Assembly (NCBI GenBank): GCA_051362555.1
Contig: CM120640.1
Span: 41,704,788 to 41,768,787, forward strand
Source: Lingula anatina
Taxonomy: Eukaryota > Animalia > Brachiopoda
DNA: 64,000 nt
Direction of reading: 5' to 3'
Translations under genes and position numbers: made by a program
Notes under the pieces: generated by a model
Databases searched by the model: none
The model's input: only the letters and a program-made list of their open reading frames with translations
What the model was told of the DNA's origin: nothing
Part shown: positions 1 to 15,276 of the stretch, in pieces
How the letters are laid out: every line of letters begins with the position of its first letter
Position numbering within the stretch: the first letter of the stretch is position 1

Positions 1-3000
1 ACATCAATAGCAGCCTACAATATGTTTTAATTTTAATATTCTATATGCAATCAGATATTTATTTAATTAAATTGTCATGTTAGACGATAAAGCACCGTCT
101 AACACTCTGGCAGCGTGACTTGATTATATTGATGCACTACTCCTTTCTGAAGATGAATTGCAAAAATTTGGTACATACAAATAACAATGCTGTCCACACA
201 CACATGCGGGCTACCACATGAATACACAGGTAGTAAGAATGAAAAGTTATATCATGCCCAGTCTAGAGTCATACCATCAGAGGTGCAAGCAGCTATCAAA
301 CCTATGGTGAAGGAGATAAAAAGAATAAAGAATAATAAAAAAAAAAGCATAATGATCTTGAATCAATAACCTATACATAATTCACTCAGTTACACAAGGG
401 ATACATATATGCACGTGCTTGTTAGCAGGCAAAGTTGTTGGATTAAATAATACATTCTATTCCAATGGCAAGTTAGAAGTACACATTGCAAGATTATACC
501 CTCCCCCCCCCCCCTGCTTGAAACATGAAATTACATTCACATGCACAGTTTTTCTCAAAATCAATTTGTGCTGCTAAGTTCCAGCAGCCATGACAAATAT
601 GACAGCTTTGGTGGAATGTCCGTTTCTTTTGAAAATGATGAATTGATTTCCTAAAAGTCTTTTATAACACTGTTATTATTTCTTGGAGATGTCAGTCATA
701 TATAATGAAATGGCTCTTACTCACAGAGCATCTACAAATTCAGTCACAGCCTTAAGCTCGATCAAAATAAAGGTGGTACATTGGGAAGAGTAAGGGTATA
801 TAAAATGACAGAAAATTGTGGACATGTGACTTTGGCAATATAGCCCTGACCTAACTAAAGACAGTCTACCCAAATAAAAACAGCATATCATTCACAGCCA
901 ACCACAAATGCCAATGGTTACACAAACACTCTTCGCATGCATCTTCTGTGGTTTTTCTGCATAACAGTCACTATTTACCAACTAAATCAAAATTTTCCAA
1001 ATTCTGCCAGCAAATCTCTTGCTAAATATAATATTGAATACTTCATTAATAACATACATAATGTAAATTTTGGTTAATTTTTTTTTGTTACATTCCTATA
1101 TAAAATAACAACAACAAATGTTCCAGGGCTATTGCATTATCTTCATGCCCAGCATATCCTCTCTATTCCAGTTTTCCTCCTCTTCTCTAGAGACTTCAAA
1201 TTTTTAAAGATATGGATATATCAGAATATGGATATCATATTTACCAAATACAAATACTTGAGGATGCTAGTCCATGCTGGATATACAACCAATTAGCCAC
1301 TCTGCTTCACTGTGTTACATAATCATTAATGTAATCTATGCTCTAATAATGTGACCTATGCTCCTGGGCCTTATAAAAGGGTTATTCAACCTTTGGTAAT
1401 GAATACAAAAGCATGCTTAGGGCTAAGGTTTTGATCTCCCAATAGGGAGGCTAAAGGCTTCTGCTGCCTTTTTATTTGAAAAGTATTGACCAAGACTGTA
1501 CTTAGGCAAAGAAAGAAACACCTGCAGGGCTTGCCTTATGTAGAATTCATACATTTTTACTTGGAGAATTCATGCAATTTGCATCCAATTTTGGTAGTAA
1601 AAGAACAATTTGTTTTTTTCTCATGTGATGCCTGTAAATATGAACAAGGTTCCGTAAGTCCTTAGTAAAATATTTTGTAAAATAAGTGTTTAAACCGATA
1701 CTATAAATCAATGAATACATGATAATTAAGAAGATTGCAAACTTCTCCTGAATAAAAATGTCAACAGCCAAGAAACAAATAGTCGGGATGATAGGGAAGT
1801 AGACACAATCACAAAGTACTTTCACCTTTAAAAACTGCACACTTTCTCCATTACCAGAAGACAAATATGCCAAATTAAAAAAGAGTTCCCTTTTATCATA
1901 ATTGAATGGCACTGCTCCTACTCAATTTTTTTTTTCTTTTGGAAAAACCTTTAATGACACCTACAATGATTACGCACTTTTACCCCAGAGAACAGCATAC
2001 AAATTAGTCTGATGCTGTATTCAGTGACATACATGTACTTTTGCATACATTGTTTCACAGAGATCCTTCCTATCTATATTAAGATAAAACCATAGTTCAC
2101 AACAATTATATTAAACCTGCAAAGGAAACAAAAAATGTTTGATGTATATATTTTTTGCGGATGTTGTTCCACTGAGGGTTCATTTCTATACGTACATTAG
2201 ATTATATGGTAGTCCAAAACAATTACATCAAAGCTTATAATACATCAAAGCTGTAAACTATACCAGTAAGTTGACCAAATACATTTCCATTCATGCACTA
2301 ACCAACTAGATACTGTCAAACAAATGAGAAGTCCTGTGATCGCAAAACCAATCTTCTAAAAACACCTTTATGCTGTGGCTGTGGCTCCAGCAAGCTTCAC
2401 CACAAGCTAAATAATATTTACCTTGGTTATCACTTCCCTCTCAAAACAACACAACGGACTATCAAAGTGTCAAGATGTGTGATTAGGATATGAAAAACCA
2501 AAATGTCATGGAGGCCATGCAATATAACCTACGACACAGAGAATATCTACATTACAATATTTAAACCACTTCTGAATCACTAATAACGATGTAAGCTGTG
2601 ATTTCATTCACAATTCCAATCATTCACAATTCTGACAATGTGATGGCTGCACAGCAAGGCTTTTCAGTTATTAGTACCAGGGATCCCCTTACAAAGCCTG
2701 ATTGCTTGCAGCATTCAGATTAGTAAAACTGTGATCCAAGTGTTATCATGTGAAGGCAAGCTTTCAATGAGAGGGCAGTGAACTGTTAAGCCACAACGCA
2801 TCATGGTTTTGAGGGTGACCCCTTGGTGAACATGCTGCATTACTGACAACTGAAGAGAAAATTATAATGTTTTACACTCATAAATCATAGTTATACAGCC
2901 ACAAAGAGTGGTATTAAGCAAAACACTTTAACCTGCAAACATTTATAATATCCATAAAATTAAAATTTTCTCCTATGACAGCAAACTTGGCAAGTGACGT

Positions 3001-4488
3001 ACGTTTGAAATCACAAGACCCTTGTCTTTACAGAAAATACTTCAATCTTCCTCACTTTGAATTGTGTAGGCAGATCTTTTGATGTAAATGTAGTTTTTTG
3101 AATAGGCTTCAATGAAAAACCTTCAAAGTGAAGGTATCACAGAAAAATCCCATTCGTTTCTTTCCTCAAGCTACGATTAAGAATTACCCAAGCCATCGAA
3201 GCTATAAAACGGGCTAAGCCAGGCATTTTTACACAGACATTCATTTCCATGCAATCAGAAAAATGAACTGAACATCTCCCTAAAGGTCTCTCCTAAAAAT
3301 TTATGTCTGGTACACAAGGTTGCGGCACAGCTGGCTTCATCGTCTTCAAATCTGAAAGTGCTTTGTCAAGTTGCACCATCTTGGAAATGAAGGATATCAT
3401 TTTACTTATAATGAAGATCTACTCATAGCCTTGGCTAAGAGGTTTCTGTTACACCTCCATATCAAGTGAATTTTGGAAGGGCTTTGTATAGATTTGACAT
3501 GTAACAGTCATTATTAGAATTAAAACAAAAAGAAGGATATTTTGCTAACAAAGCAAAGTCCTGTTTCATAAGAGCATCTTTTCCAGAAAACAGGTAAATG
3601 CACTAAACTAATATAAAATATAAATATACAAAAAAATGTACTGAGTAATTATCAAATTGAATAAGGACAGCCTGTACAACCTGCAAAGGTTACATTTCAC
3701 TCGTGTTGAAGTTTGCTGCAAAAGGTTTTCAAAACAGTTAATTCAATAGTTCATTTTGATCATGTAAATTTAGAGGAAAAACATTCGGATTACACTAATT
3801 TTCCATTTAACTGACTATCCACATACTGATACATTTCTGCAGAATAATTCCTTAATAATATATATGTTTACTTTTCCTTCTTTTTCAAGTGAAAAATAAC
3901 TTTGTCATAATTTGTTTACTTCTGTACATACATAATCTAAGTTTATGATCAAAGATTTAAAATGGGCAATGAACATGGTCCAATCCATCTGTCTTCTCTT
4001 ATGTTCAGAAACTGGAAACAAAATCCTTAGTACTTCCCATGAGCATAATATCACCTTTTTTTATTTGCCAGGCTTTGACGTCAGCACCATAGTATCATAT
4101 GAATGGCAGTATAAAGCCTTCCATTACTACACACTTGCCCTCTATTCAGCTGGCTGGATGTATGTTTATGCCCTTTTTTTCTTACAGGAAAGTGCATTGT
4201 GTTGATCACACACTTCCGTCTAAGGGAGCATTTTCTCCTCTTGTAGCCTCTATTCCTAACAGAATGGACACAAAACCCCTTGGTATGATCACAATAACTG
4301 ATAACAATTTCTTCGGACCCCTAGCAGTACAGCGACCAAAGGCACTATGCAAAATGCACAGATATTTTCTTTGTTGTCTGTTGTTCTTTCTCCCCTACTG
4401 TGAAATAAATAAATTAAAAAACAGAATGAACTACAATGAACTTAAATTCACTCTAAGCCTTCCAACCTGATCAAAACTATACAATTTG

Positions 4489-4656
4489 CAGGGGCGGATC
4501 CAGAGATATTTTCTGACAGTCTTCCAAATTATCTTTGTTGATCCATCCTCCATTTCTGACCGTCTTCCGACAGAAAAAATAAGATACCTGTTAATGTAAA
4601 CTTGAAAATCTGACCGTCTTCCGGAAGACCCAGAAGACGGCCTCAATCCGCCCCTG
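4489..4656. mobile_element. MITE with CAGGGGCGGAT termini and 5-bp TSD (hAT5-like, inferred)
   Basis: Starts CAGGGGCGGAT, ends ATCCGCCCCTG; flanked by ATTTG at 4484-4488 and 4657-4661; internal repeat of TCTGACCGTCTTCCG. Confidence 0.8.
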
Positions 4657-5557
4657 ATTTGTATTGAACTTTATCCTATGAAATACTTTCCTTGTAATCC
4701 TTCCCAAAAAGTGACAGACTGTAAATCTAATGTTAAAGAGATGTTCATCTTTGTTGAACATGCACTGATGGAAATATGATTACTATTATTTGGACATGAC
4801 TATTTCATGTTTTTTCACCAACGGCCCACAGCTTACTATTACTCAAATGGCATTTCCTGCAACAACCCTTCATTACTTTGATTTTTATCAACGGTGACTT
4901 TATAACAACAAAAACACCACAATAAGCATAATGATAGCATGTTTGATTAATTTTGATTAAACTGTATGCAGTGGAGAACAGAACTAATGGCCCATACACT
5001 GTTTATCTTTCCTGACTAATGACCCTTGTCTAAAATCCCTCCAAGGACACCTTTCTCAAAGATCAATAACAGCAATGCATCATATCAAATGACCAGACAA
5101 CAATATCAGAGGAGCCTAAATCCCAAATCGGCCAGTGCTACATCATCAAAGTTTTCTTTTGCTTTTCATTATTATGAGAACTTTTAAGAAACAAAATCTT
5201 GTAACACTTCAAATAATATACTATCAATTTAACAAATTTGACAAAAGGAGTGAGTTACTGATTTTATGTAATCTACCTAACAACATATTATTTCATTTGT
5301 CCAAGAAGTAGATTAATACTTCTATGATCGGCCTAACAGTGAACTCTGCTCACTTCTGCCCGCTTTCCACAGGTCAACCTCGGAGGGAAAACATTGATTT
5401 AGCCTCAGTTTGCCCTTTTGCAACACAATATTTGTCTACTTCAAGTCCAAATCAGGCAGAAAAGTTGAGCAAAATAAGTAAGAAACTTAACCCAACTTCA
5501 AGGCACTTGGCAGCCTAACCTTATAGTAAGCCATGAATTCAGCTGTCCACACCAGGC

Positions 5558-5611
5558 AAAAAAAATCAATCAATGGAAACTAATAAAAAAAATCAATCAA
5601 TGGAAACTAAT
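5558..5611. repeat. 27-bp tandem duplication
   Basis: Two adjacent copies of AAAAAAAATCAATCAATGGAAACTAAT. Confidence 0.8.
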
Positions 5612-8600
5612 CAATCAATTTATCTTTTAGCTAAAATGCCTTTTTATGAAAATCATGACCAATGACCCAAAAAAACTTTCAGATGCATGACTAGAAGCAG
5701 TTTAAGATATTACATCATAGAGAAGTATTCAATATACATGTAACGAGAAAATCAGCATGCAATGCATTGTGCCACTTCAATCTACGTTTCTCTTTGCTCT
5801 TCAATTATCACCTAGATGAAAAGATATGGTATCAAAACAAGTCCCCCTGTTATCACATCACATCATTGCCATATCCAGATGTAGGGGAATGTGTCCATAA
5901 AATACATGCTCCTTCTCTGGAGGGATGTGAGTATCTATATGAATGTCCTACTTATGTGAGGCAACAACATTCTAAGGAGAGAGATCACATATAAGCAACA
6001 TCAAATGAACAGAAGTTTTCATGTGCACAGCGTGGCTCCTGAACATAAAGTGACACTAATGCCCCCCCCCCCCTTCCTAATACGTCTGGAATGCATTATC
6101 TTTTTTAATTTAAAAGATCTCCAAAAGATGTCTATAGGAGGCCCATTAAGGAGAATAACACTTACTGCTCGGTACTCTTGTACTTGCTTCTTCTGTGGCA
6201 AACAGAAACAAGACATTCTAATCCCAGTGTGGGTATGCTGGCACTGTCATCTTCAGTTTTTGTGATGTCCTTACTGGTCAAGTGGTCTTGGCCATCAACT
6301 CAGTGTCCATCTACATCTATACACAGACTGGTTGTCAGTTTAGTAATTTGACATACAGTGAACGCAACTGGACACTTAATATTGCATGCCCCAGGGATTC
6401 CTAGGACTTGGGTACAGTACTTAAAGATTGCAAGTTAACTCAGCGCTGTTCTGGTGTTATTTTCACAGTCGCAGTACACTAGCTCAACTTCCTCCAAGCA
6501 GCTGGGAATAATCTCTATGGCAAGCCTATGCTCAGCAGTGTGCCTTCCTCCGCCAGCAAATGAAATGTTGCTTCAACTCAAAGTTAACGTCAAGTGACCT
6601 TCACCCCTGTTGACACCATATAATCATATGTTAATAGTCCTCACTCAGCGAGGTGACTGGCCAAGCCATGTGATTGCAGCAGCTGATACACTGACTGAGC
6701 AGCAGCTTGCAAGGGAAAGACTGCTTGGTATCTACACGTTATCTATTTACAGTTTACCTGTGCAATTGCCAGTAGCTAAGCAAACCTCAGTGGATCTATC
6801 AAGGTGAAAGTCTTAATACAGCCCAAACCATTTAATGAATCAAATCAATTCTGTAATGAACAACAGGCAGATTTAATCCTTATATGTAAGGGTTTTGTGT
6901 CCCTGGCAAGCCAAAGCTGCAGTTAAGCAAACTAATGCTCCCAATCAGTTCTACTTGCTGTTCATATTGACTGAAGGGCGCAGGTCTATTCAGAGGTTTG
7001 TTTAAGCGTTGCTGCAAGCCTACGTCAATCCATTGGGTCAATCAATCTCCGACGTCATAGGTTTCTGCCTGCCAGGTGCTAGCTATTTTATCTAACAGGC
7101 CACAATAATTGATTAAGTTGTAGTTAAAGGAACATGGGATTTAGTCTCCTGCCCAAGAGAAGGGCATCAGTGTTTTCTACCAGTATATATTAACTTCCCT
7201 GCTGCAGAAGATTAAGTACAACCTTACTGTGGAAATAAAGATTGTAAACAACCAATCCTGTAACGAAAATGCATGCACATGTCTGCAATTTATACTGAGC
7301 TGCATTCTTTGCTTTCTTATAATGTGCTGCTAATACACAAAAAAGTGAAAAAAGAGAAGAGGAAAAAAATTTCAAATTTGGACTTGTTTTCATTGTGCAC
7401 CTTATATCTTCTTTCCAATACAATCTTCGGTAATAAATTCTTCGAATATTTTTTCCCTAAATAACAGTGTACTTTGCACCCAAACTCATCCTTTATAATA
7501 CTTAAGTCATTCCTCTCATCCATTTGTCATTGTAAAGAACTGTTTTGTGAACTCATTTTATAATAATAGAAATAACACAGTGGAAGTCTGCAGTGTATTT
7601 CTTTCATTTCCCCTTTTTTTCTTTTCTCCTGAACCAGCATTATCCCATCATTCAGTATCTCAAACGATCGCGTCAACTGGGAATCCAAGTAACAACATGG
7701 CCATCAGCGTGAGCCTCTGAGAAGGCATCAATTTTCTTAACGTCAGGATTACATGACCTAATCTATTAATTCTTTTGCCACAGCAACATCTTCAATGCAA
7801 TCATCCAAAACAGTGGCAGGTTGCTTTATGAGTAAAATGATTTCAATGCATGCTCAATGAACAAAATGCCTCAGGTTATTTTCCTTTTTTTAAACTTTAC
7901 TAAAAAAAGATATCATTCTCTGTTTAAACCCTAGGTTACTGTATATTACATACCAACATAAGGACTAATATATATATATCACCTAAATTAGTAATCTACT
8001 CCACCATTTTATGCAGTCATATGCATGGTACTCTTAATTTCTACACTATTACAGAGACTTATTTCTACTGAATATTTCCCGATAACTTCTCACATCTAAA
8101 TCCTTAAGTTGCTCATCAAATTCTCCACCACATAGCCTGTGTTGACAGCTATACAGATTAACCACATTTTACCTTGAAAAACATCCAAATTCAATTATTT
8201 CTGCTGCTACACCAAGGCCATATTTTCACCAAAGAATCCTTTCAAAGCCGTGGAATATACATGTACCATGTTGATCACAAACAGTTTATGTACTTTATCA
8301 ATACATGTACAAGTATTATTGTGGGTGTACATGTACAACTGTACACAGAGACTTAATTAGTCGGCTGACTTAGTCTATAGCCAACATATAAAATGGAAAG
8401 TTCTTTTTACATAAATAATATGAGATCAAATGTGGTGCATAAGCTTTTAAAACAATGTAAAACATGTTGACACTTCTTCTGCCCCATTGCATTTTAAATT
8501 CTAATTCTATTATACAGCTCCTTCTGTAACCTCAAAAAGAAGTTACCTTTGAAGCTCTGGGTAATGAAAATAAATCTGTTTGCTGAGTCACGTTACAAAG

Positions 8601-10073
8601 CGCTATGAATTCTAACAATAACACTTGGGTTAAAATGTTGATTTTGATTTTGCATGACTGCCATAGCTGAAACTATACAGGCAAGTCATAAGTAATTCAA
8701 CAAAATAATTTCTGAAGGTCACTTGGTGTACTAGTACTGACATGTGAATGTTACATAAAATTTTCCTAACATAAGGCGTAACCTGTAATATTCATGGAAA
8801 TCATATGAAGCATACCTGCCTACTTTTGTATCTTTTCTATTCTTTTCCACAGTGATAGATGGCTGCAGTATATCATGTAAAATTAATATTGCATCTGGAC
8901 AGGTCTTATATCGAATTATGTCATCAATTATGACATGGCACAAACTCATCAAATACTCGTTTTCTCTTAATTTTGTCTACTCTAATACATCAAACAGCAA
9001 AAAGCTTTAACCTGATTTCACTGTAATGAACTAAACAGTAAATCACAGAGAAACAAATTAACTGAATATCTGCCATATGTAACTTTGTCCTATTCTCAAT
9101 GGTCAATTTTTCAATGTAAATAGTGCCTAAATGTGAATACAATGTCAGCATCAGAGTGGGAAGATAAACTCAGAAATATATATTTAAATAAGGGCTTTTC
9201 CCAGGATTGAGGGTTCAGGCTGTCCAAAATTACCATCTGTAACTTCCTACAAAATTTCTGGGGGGGGGGGGGAGATATATAAAAAATAAATTTCAATGTG
9301 GGGGTGGGGGATTAAAAAAAAAAGGAAACAATCTCCCACTAATGAAGTCCCATGAATGAATATGAAAATTGCCTTCTCATCTCGCTTGGATTATGAATGA
9401 TCTCTGGCTGAGATATGAAAATTGCAATATCGTCTCACTCAGAGCGGTAACGATCTCCTGCTGATGATCTTCTGTGAGAGAAGCCCCTTGAACTAATATG
9501 AAAAATTGCCTTCTTCCATAAAAAATAAATTTCAAAGGAGAGGGGGGGGGGGTACAAAATAACATGTAACAATATCCTGCCCACGATTTTCCGAAGACGA
9601 AGTCCCTTGAACAAATATGAAAATTGCCTTCCTGTCTATCAGTGCTGCAGGCTGCTGTACATATACAGATCTGGAAGTTGTCCGCATTTATAATTTGGTG
9701 GTAAGATTGCTTAGACTTTGTTTTATACACTTGTTTTGTACCGAATGTAGGTCACTCTTGTCATTGCTGCATTCGGCATGCATTATGTTTTTTAAAGTTA
9801 ATTAGAACATTTTACTGTATCTTATAAGCTTTAGCATGCATCATACAAGCTTGGTACATCACATTACTCTGTGAGTATTTCGTAGGACTCTGTGGACCTC
9901 CTGATATGCTAAGCGGTCATTTTTCACAAACTCTGTAGGGCATCCAGCCATCTTTTAAAATAAAGGCCATCCGGTGATGCCTGCGGCTGTCCAAATGACG
10001 ACTGGATGGTTCACTGGGAAAACCCTTGATTTAAATTTTAAAAAAGTGTTTTTTTTACTCTTTGGCTACCCTA

Positions 10074-10312
10074 CACACACTGGACAATAGAAGTGTCACC
10101 CCTACTGATCCAATACTTTGGGGGAGATAAATGACTGTGGAATGATATGCTCCTGGTATCATTTTATTAACATCAAATTTCACAAAAGAAACGGTTCTGA
10201 CTGAACAATTCAACTGTATTGATATTCTGACATTGCTTATATTCCGCCTCTTCAGGTTAAGAACTTTAATTACTCTGATTCAGGGGGTGACACTTCTATT
10301 GTCCAGTGTGTG
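10074..10312. mobile_element. Tc1/mariner-type MITE
   Basis: About 29-bp TIRs CACACACTGGACAATAGAAGTGTCACCCC; TA on both sides (10072-10073, 10313-10314). Confidence 0.85.
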
Positions 10313-11495
10313 TACTTGAAAATTCATCATATTTATGTGTTCTTGTAAATTTTAGTTATTTATCATGTTCACAAAACTAAGATACAGTTTTAAGAAATAA
10401 ATAACCATTTTAAAAATGACTTACCATGCAATGTTTAAAACTTATTAACTTCATTTGTTATAAAAAAATTGAAAATTCGGGTATTGTATGCCAATGATGC
10501 CCTCTTTGCAATTAAAGATCATTTTTCAAATAGACATAGCTCCTGTGTTGAGCAAATACACAGATTCGTAAATACTCAGTAAGTTTTATATTAACATGTG
10601 GCATTATCCTATTAGCTGTCATTGATAAAAATACATCTAAACCACATATGATGTGCGTAGGAATAGATACCTTCAAAAACATAAACACATTAAGTATGTA
10701 CATTAAACCAATCTCAGTTCTAATAAAAAGGTTACTATCCTCATATACTGAATATGGTACTAGGACTCACAAATTTTCATATCCTAATACAGATTTATCA
10801 AATCAAGTAGCTTGCAATATGGTGCTTTATGATATGAACTAAGCTCATCTTTCAGAACCTTAGAATCATCTTTTTTCATGCATAGCTAGTGAAACATTTC
10901 ATTGGGGAAATTAATCAATTGATGTTGTGAGTAACCAGCACTCTAAAAGTAGAGTAGAGTGCAGCAGGGATTATAACAACCAATCGTGATCTTGTACATG
11001 GATCCTATCACTGATATTGATCAACATAAATCTGATCTACCTGTTTACATTCCCTTAACTATTCAGAACACTGTACGGACTAATAGTGATGCTACCATTA
11101 AAAGATAATGGGATAGTACCTTGTATGAAACTCTTCCATAAGAAGCTGCCTTCTATTAAGTGAGTATGGTGATTCTTGAAAGTAATGATATCAAATGATA
11201 GAAAGCAAGATCTGAAGAGATGATGATATTTGAAGTTAAGTATGAAAAATGATTTTTCTGATATGTGTATAATAAGAAATGGGATTAAGATTTATATGTA
11301 TTCTTTCTCTATAGGATTTGAATAGTTTTCATTGACTAGTCTACTGCATTTTCCTGTGCTGCAGTACATGTAGTCATACATTGTGTTAGCTGTTATCACA
11401 CAATCAGTGAAAGCACATTCCTAAGCAATGGTCACATCAATCACATATAGCAGGTCCCAAGGTAATTTAGGCATGAGATTTTTGTCATTAACTAT

Positions 11496-11751
11496 GGGCT
11501 CATTCCCATAGACAACATCAATCTATTAAGATTGATCCAGCTCTGCATGGACCCTCGCTGAATGTTATTAGATTAACAGACTGATTAGCCTCCTCTTGTT
11601 TCCAAAGTACTCGTATAATCACCAGCTTTTCTGTATTCTACTCAATGCTAGGAGTAGTCGTGTAAACCTGTTAGACTGATTGCATTCAGCCAGCATCTCT
11701 GTGGAGTTGGGTCTAAGTATGCATGCCAATGGTGTCTATGGGAATAAACCC
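11496..11751. mobile_element. degenerate MITE
   Basis: Imperfect TIRs GGGCTCATTCCCATAGACAACAT and ATGGTGTCTATGGGAATAAACCC; TSD not intact. Confidence 0.6.
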
Positions 11752-13566
11752 TTTGACTTTTTTTTACTTCTTCCGAGTGATAATGCAAAGTACTCAGAAT
11801 TAAATTAGAGGGGTAATTAGAGGGGTATTTTTTTCTACTATTGTAAATGCCATTGTTAAGTTATACATTAACAACATGAAATTAATAATCCTTTACAAAG
11901 TGCTAATGGGAAAAATTTACAGGATTTTACATCAATATATGAATGGAATTCTTATGAATAATTATCTGATTTTCTGACAGATTTTCACGCCCAATGTGCC
12001 TTTCTAAATAAACTGTTCAATTTCTCATCTTAAATTCTTACTCATCTTTCATTTAGGAGACAACTGATCTTGAGGGAAATTAAATTCATTTGAGACATGG
12101 CAGATGAAAAATTACACATTATGATATCTTTTTAAAGTTTTATTTCTTGACATTACAATACAATGGATTCAATAAATTTATAAGTTTACCAAGTTTTGAC
12201 TCTGCAGTAAAGTTCTTTTGACACAGGTTAAAAAAAACTTGTCATGGAAATTTTGCTACCCTTGCTCCCTAAAATGCTTTATAAATTACCCAATAATTTG
12301 ATAATCAAGCCTTGCAAAATACAATGAATAATGGATGCAATTCCTACAAATTTGTTCCATGACATTAAGTTAAACTAGATAGGCTTTATCGGATTGCTTA
12401 TTACCATTAGTATTGCAAAAATGGAAATTATGGGTCAGACCTGCCAATTACCTGTCAAATTTGTGGATGCCCCAAGAGGCTACAGTTCAAAGAGCAGTTT
12501 GAATCAATATTCATGATCTTCTATACCAGTAATTAACTTGACATTTTGGGGATTTTTTTCAAAATTTGACACCAGTAAATTTAAGGCTTTGATTCATATT
12601 GACTCTTTATATCTTGACCCAGGCATAGTATTTGTAAGGATATAATGTCACGTAAACCCCTTTAATGTAGTGATTTTTATAATCAGTTGGGCAACATTTC
12701 TTTATGGTTTTTCAATCTAGGCCTATCAAATCACTGGGGAACACAGACTCCCTTCCCTATGACTAGTCCATACGAAGTATGAATACCAAGCAAATGTTAT
12801 ACAAGGATCAATTAGTTGTAATCAATCACAATCACAATGTCTGCAATCAACTAGAAATTTATTAATTGAATAAGAACATGATGCTGAGTCAAAGACCTAC
12901 CTTTCATTTTAGCATGTTATTAACCATAACCTAAGGCAGAACCACCTTGGCTTCATAATGATTTTATTAGGTAATGTGACTGGAGTGTTGCTAGCATGTA
13001 CGAGTTCTGCCGTTGGCAAAAAAGGATTCACTTTGACCACAGGTGAAAACATCCATTTGCTTTACCACAATTTGTCATTTATTGATTTTTCTTTGAGAGT
13101 TTAGTCTGATGAAAAAAATTATTGTGAAACGGGCCAAGGATTACCTGGGTTACTGTTCCATCATGTCACCAATTATACTGGAACTACTGAAAATATACCC
13201 TTACAATGGCCCCTGTAATACTACCTTCAACTATACTAAAATGTACTAATATACACTATTCTAACGTTTCATCACTCCACTTTTTACCAGAAGCACAATT
13301 TTGATCTTACTCAAAATTTATCCAATAGGCTACTCATAAGTCACTACCAGGAATCGTTTAGGGTTTCTTATAATGTCACTCATACATATTTCAGGATTAC
13401 ATGCTATCTGAATACCTGTTTACAGCCTTTTACACAATATTCCGTACCATATTTTACGTTTCATCACCTCTAGCACATCACTCTGTCGATTGTAATCAAT
13501 TCAGTGCCTGTAGCACAGAAGTCGATCTCACAGGCAATGTCATATATCCTCTTGAGAACAACATTA

Positions 13567-15276
13567 GGCCAGACCGATTTCATTTTATGGATGACATCCT
13601 CAGGAGACCCCGAAACTAATGCACAAGAACAAAAAAAAAAAAAATGCTGCCGGGCAAAGGAACACAAAGCTGGAAACACACAATGAACCAAGCACAGAAC
13701 AGTGCATCAAACAAATTTAAACAACACATCTTTAAGCGAGCTGAGAACACGAAAGGGTCAATAGTTATCTACTTTATACTAAGGCCACACTTTTTTATTT
13801 TTATGGATGACATCCTCTGGGTACCCCAAAATCGGTGCGAGAGGGCGAAAAAAAAAAAACAGTCCAAAAAAAAAAAAAATACTGCTTAAGTAAAGGAATG
13901 CTGTCAGTACACAGCTGGAAACACAAATTTTACCACAGAAACACGTATCAAACTAACAATATGTCTTTATCCATGCTCTCAAAATATTTAAGCATTGTGA
14001 ATACTTCGTAGAAATGTAAAAAAAAAAGTCATGAATAGCTATACTTCATATTACCAAATCTATTTAAGGTTATTTCATGCATTTAGTTGGTATAGCAATT
14101 AATAAAACAAATATCAATCAAACAGTGTGTCTTTATTTGTATTCTCAGAATATTAAAGCATTTTGAACACTTCACAGAAATGTTTAAAAAATGATGCAAA
14201 GATATGCTAATACTACCAAATCTATAAAAGGTCATTTCGGACGATGCCATTTTGTCTACTTCAACTCACACGAAGCAGCCAAACTGTCAGGTGGCCTGTC
14301 CGACCTTCAGCCCACCGAATACCTCGAGGCCCTTGTCAACCCTTTTTTCGCTACAGAAACCTGGTATTAATGTGCTGCTTTGTACAGAATGTCACAGAAA
14401 TTTTTCGGGCGATAATTGCTGGCCGCCGACAAGCTCTCGCACAATTATAAAAAGGTTATATCTCCATGCCCAATATCAATGGCATACCAATCCAAAACGA
14501 CGGCGCCCGTTCTCTTTATGACTTTTATTGTTGTGTAATTTGAAAGTAATCCTAGAGATGAATTTGACGGCAAAGCGGCCGCATTTCCACTTGGCGATAA
14601 TACGCATGCGCAGAAAGCTCATTTCCTGGCAAATTCAATAACGACGTTTGCGACAACCGACTTCGTTGGGGGCTGGGGGGGGGGGGATTTTTTTTTTTTT
14701 TTTTTTTTTGGAGAACTGGCAAAAATCGGTGCACGCGCAGGATGTCATCCATAAAAATAAAAAAGTGTGGCCTAAACATCAACTTTAAATCCATGGTATA
14801 CCTCAAATTACCACAATACCATTTTCTCTCTTTTTTTTCTCTCTTTGTTGCAAAAGAAACAAGTGAGCCGCTTTAGATAGGACGTCCTTGAAGCTGTCTG
14901 AACGACTGTCACTTGTCCAATGCAGCCTCTCATATAGTACGTTGAGCAAACATGATATCCCCCTCATATCACTTGCATACCCATCTACAATCACACCTCC
15001 ATCTTCTTGTGATGACAACATGGCCACCAACGTTACATCCACATTTGGCAGCAATACGCACATGCAGAAGGTTTGTTTTATGACAAATTCGGCAGGTACA
15101 AGATAAACAAGATTTGTGAAAACCTAGGCTTTTGTGGGATTTTGAGTGGGCACAGATGGTGACAGCAGTCAGTGCCAGATTAAGTTCCAAAGATGTGATT
15201 TTTTTTGTTGGGGGTAGAGAACAGGCCACAATTAATGTGATGCGGATGTCATCTATAAAATTAAATCAGTGTGGCC
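13567..15276. mobile_element. non-autonomous PIF/Harbinger-like element (outer)
   Basis: TIRs GGCCAGACCGATTTCATTTTATGGATGACATCC and GGATGTCATCTATAAAATTAAATCAGTGTGGCC; TTA TSD at 13564-13566 and 15277-15279. Confidence 0.8.
13783..14772. mobile_element. non-autonomous PIF/Harbinger-like element nested in a related copy (inner)
   Basis: Near-perfect TIRs GGCCACACTTTTTTATTTTTATGGATGACATCCT; TAA TSD at 13780-13782 and 14773-14775. Confidence 0.85.
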
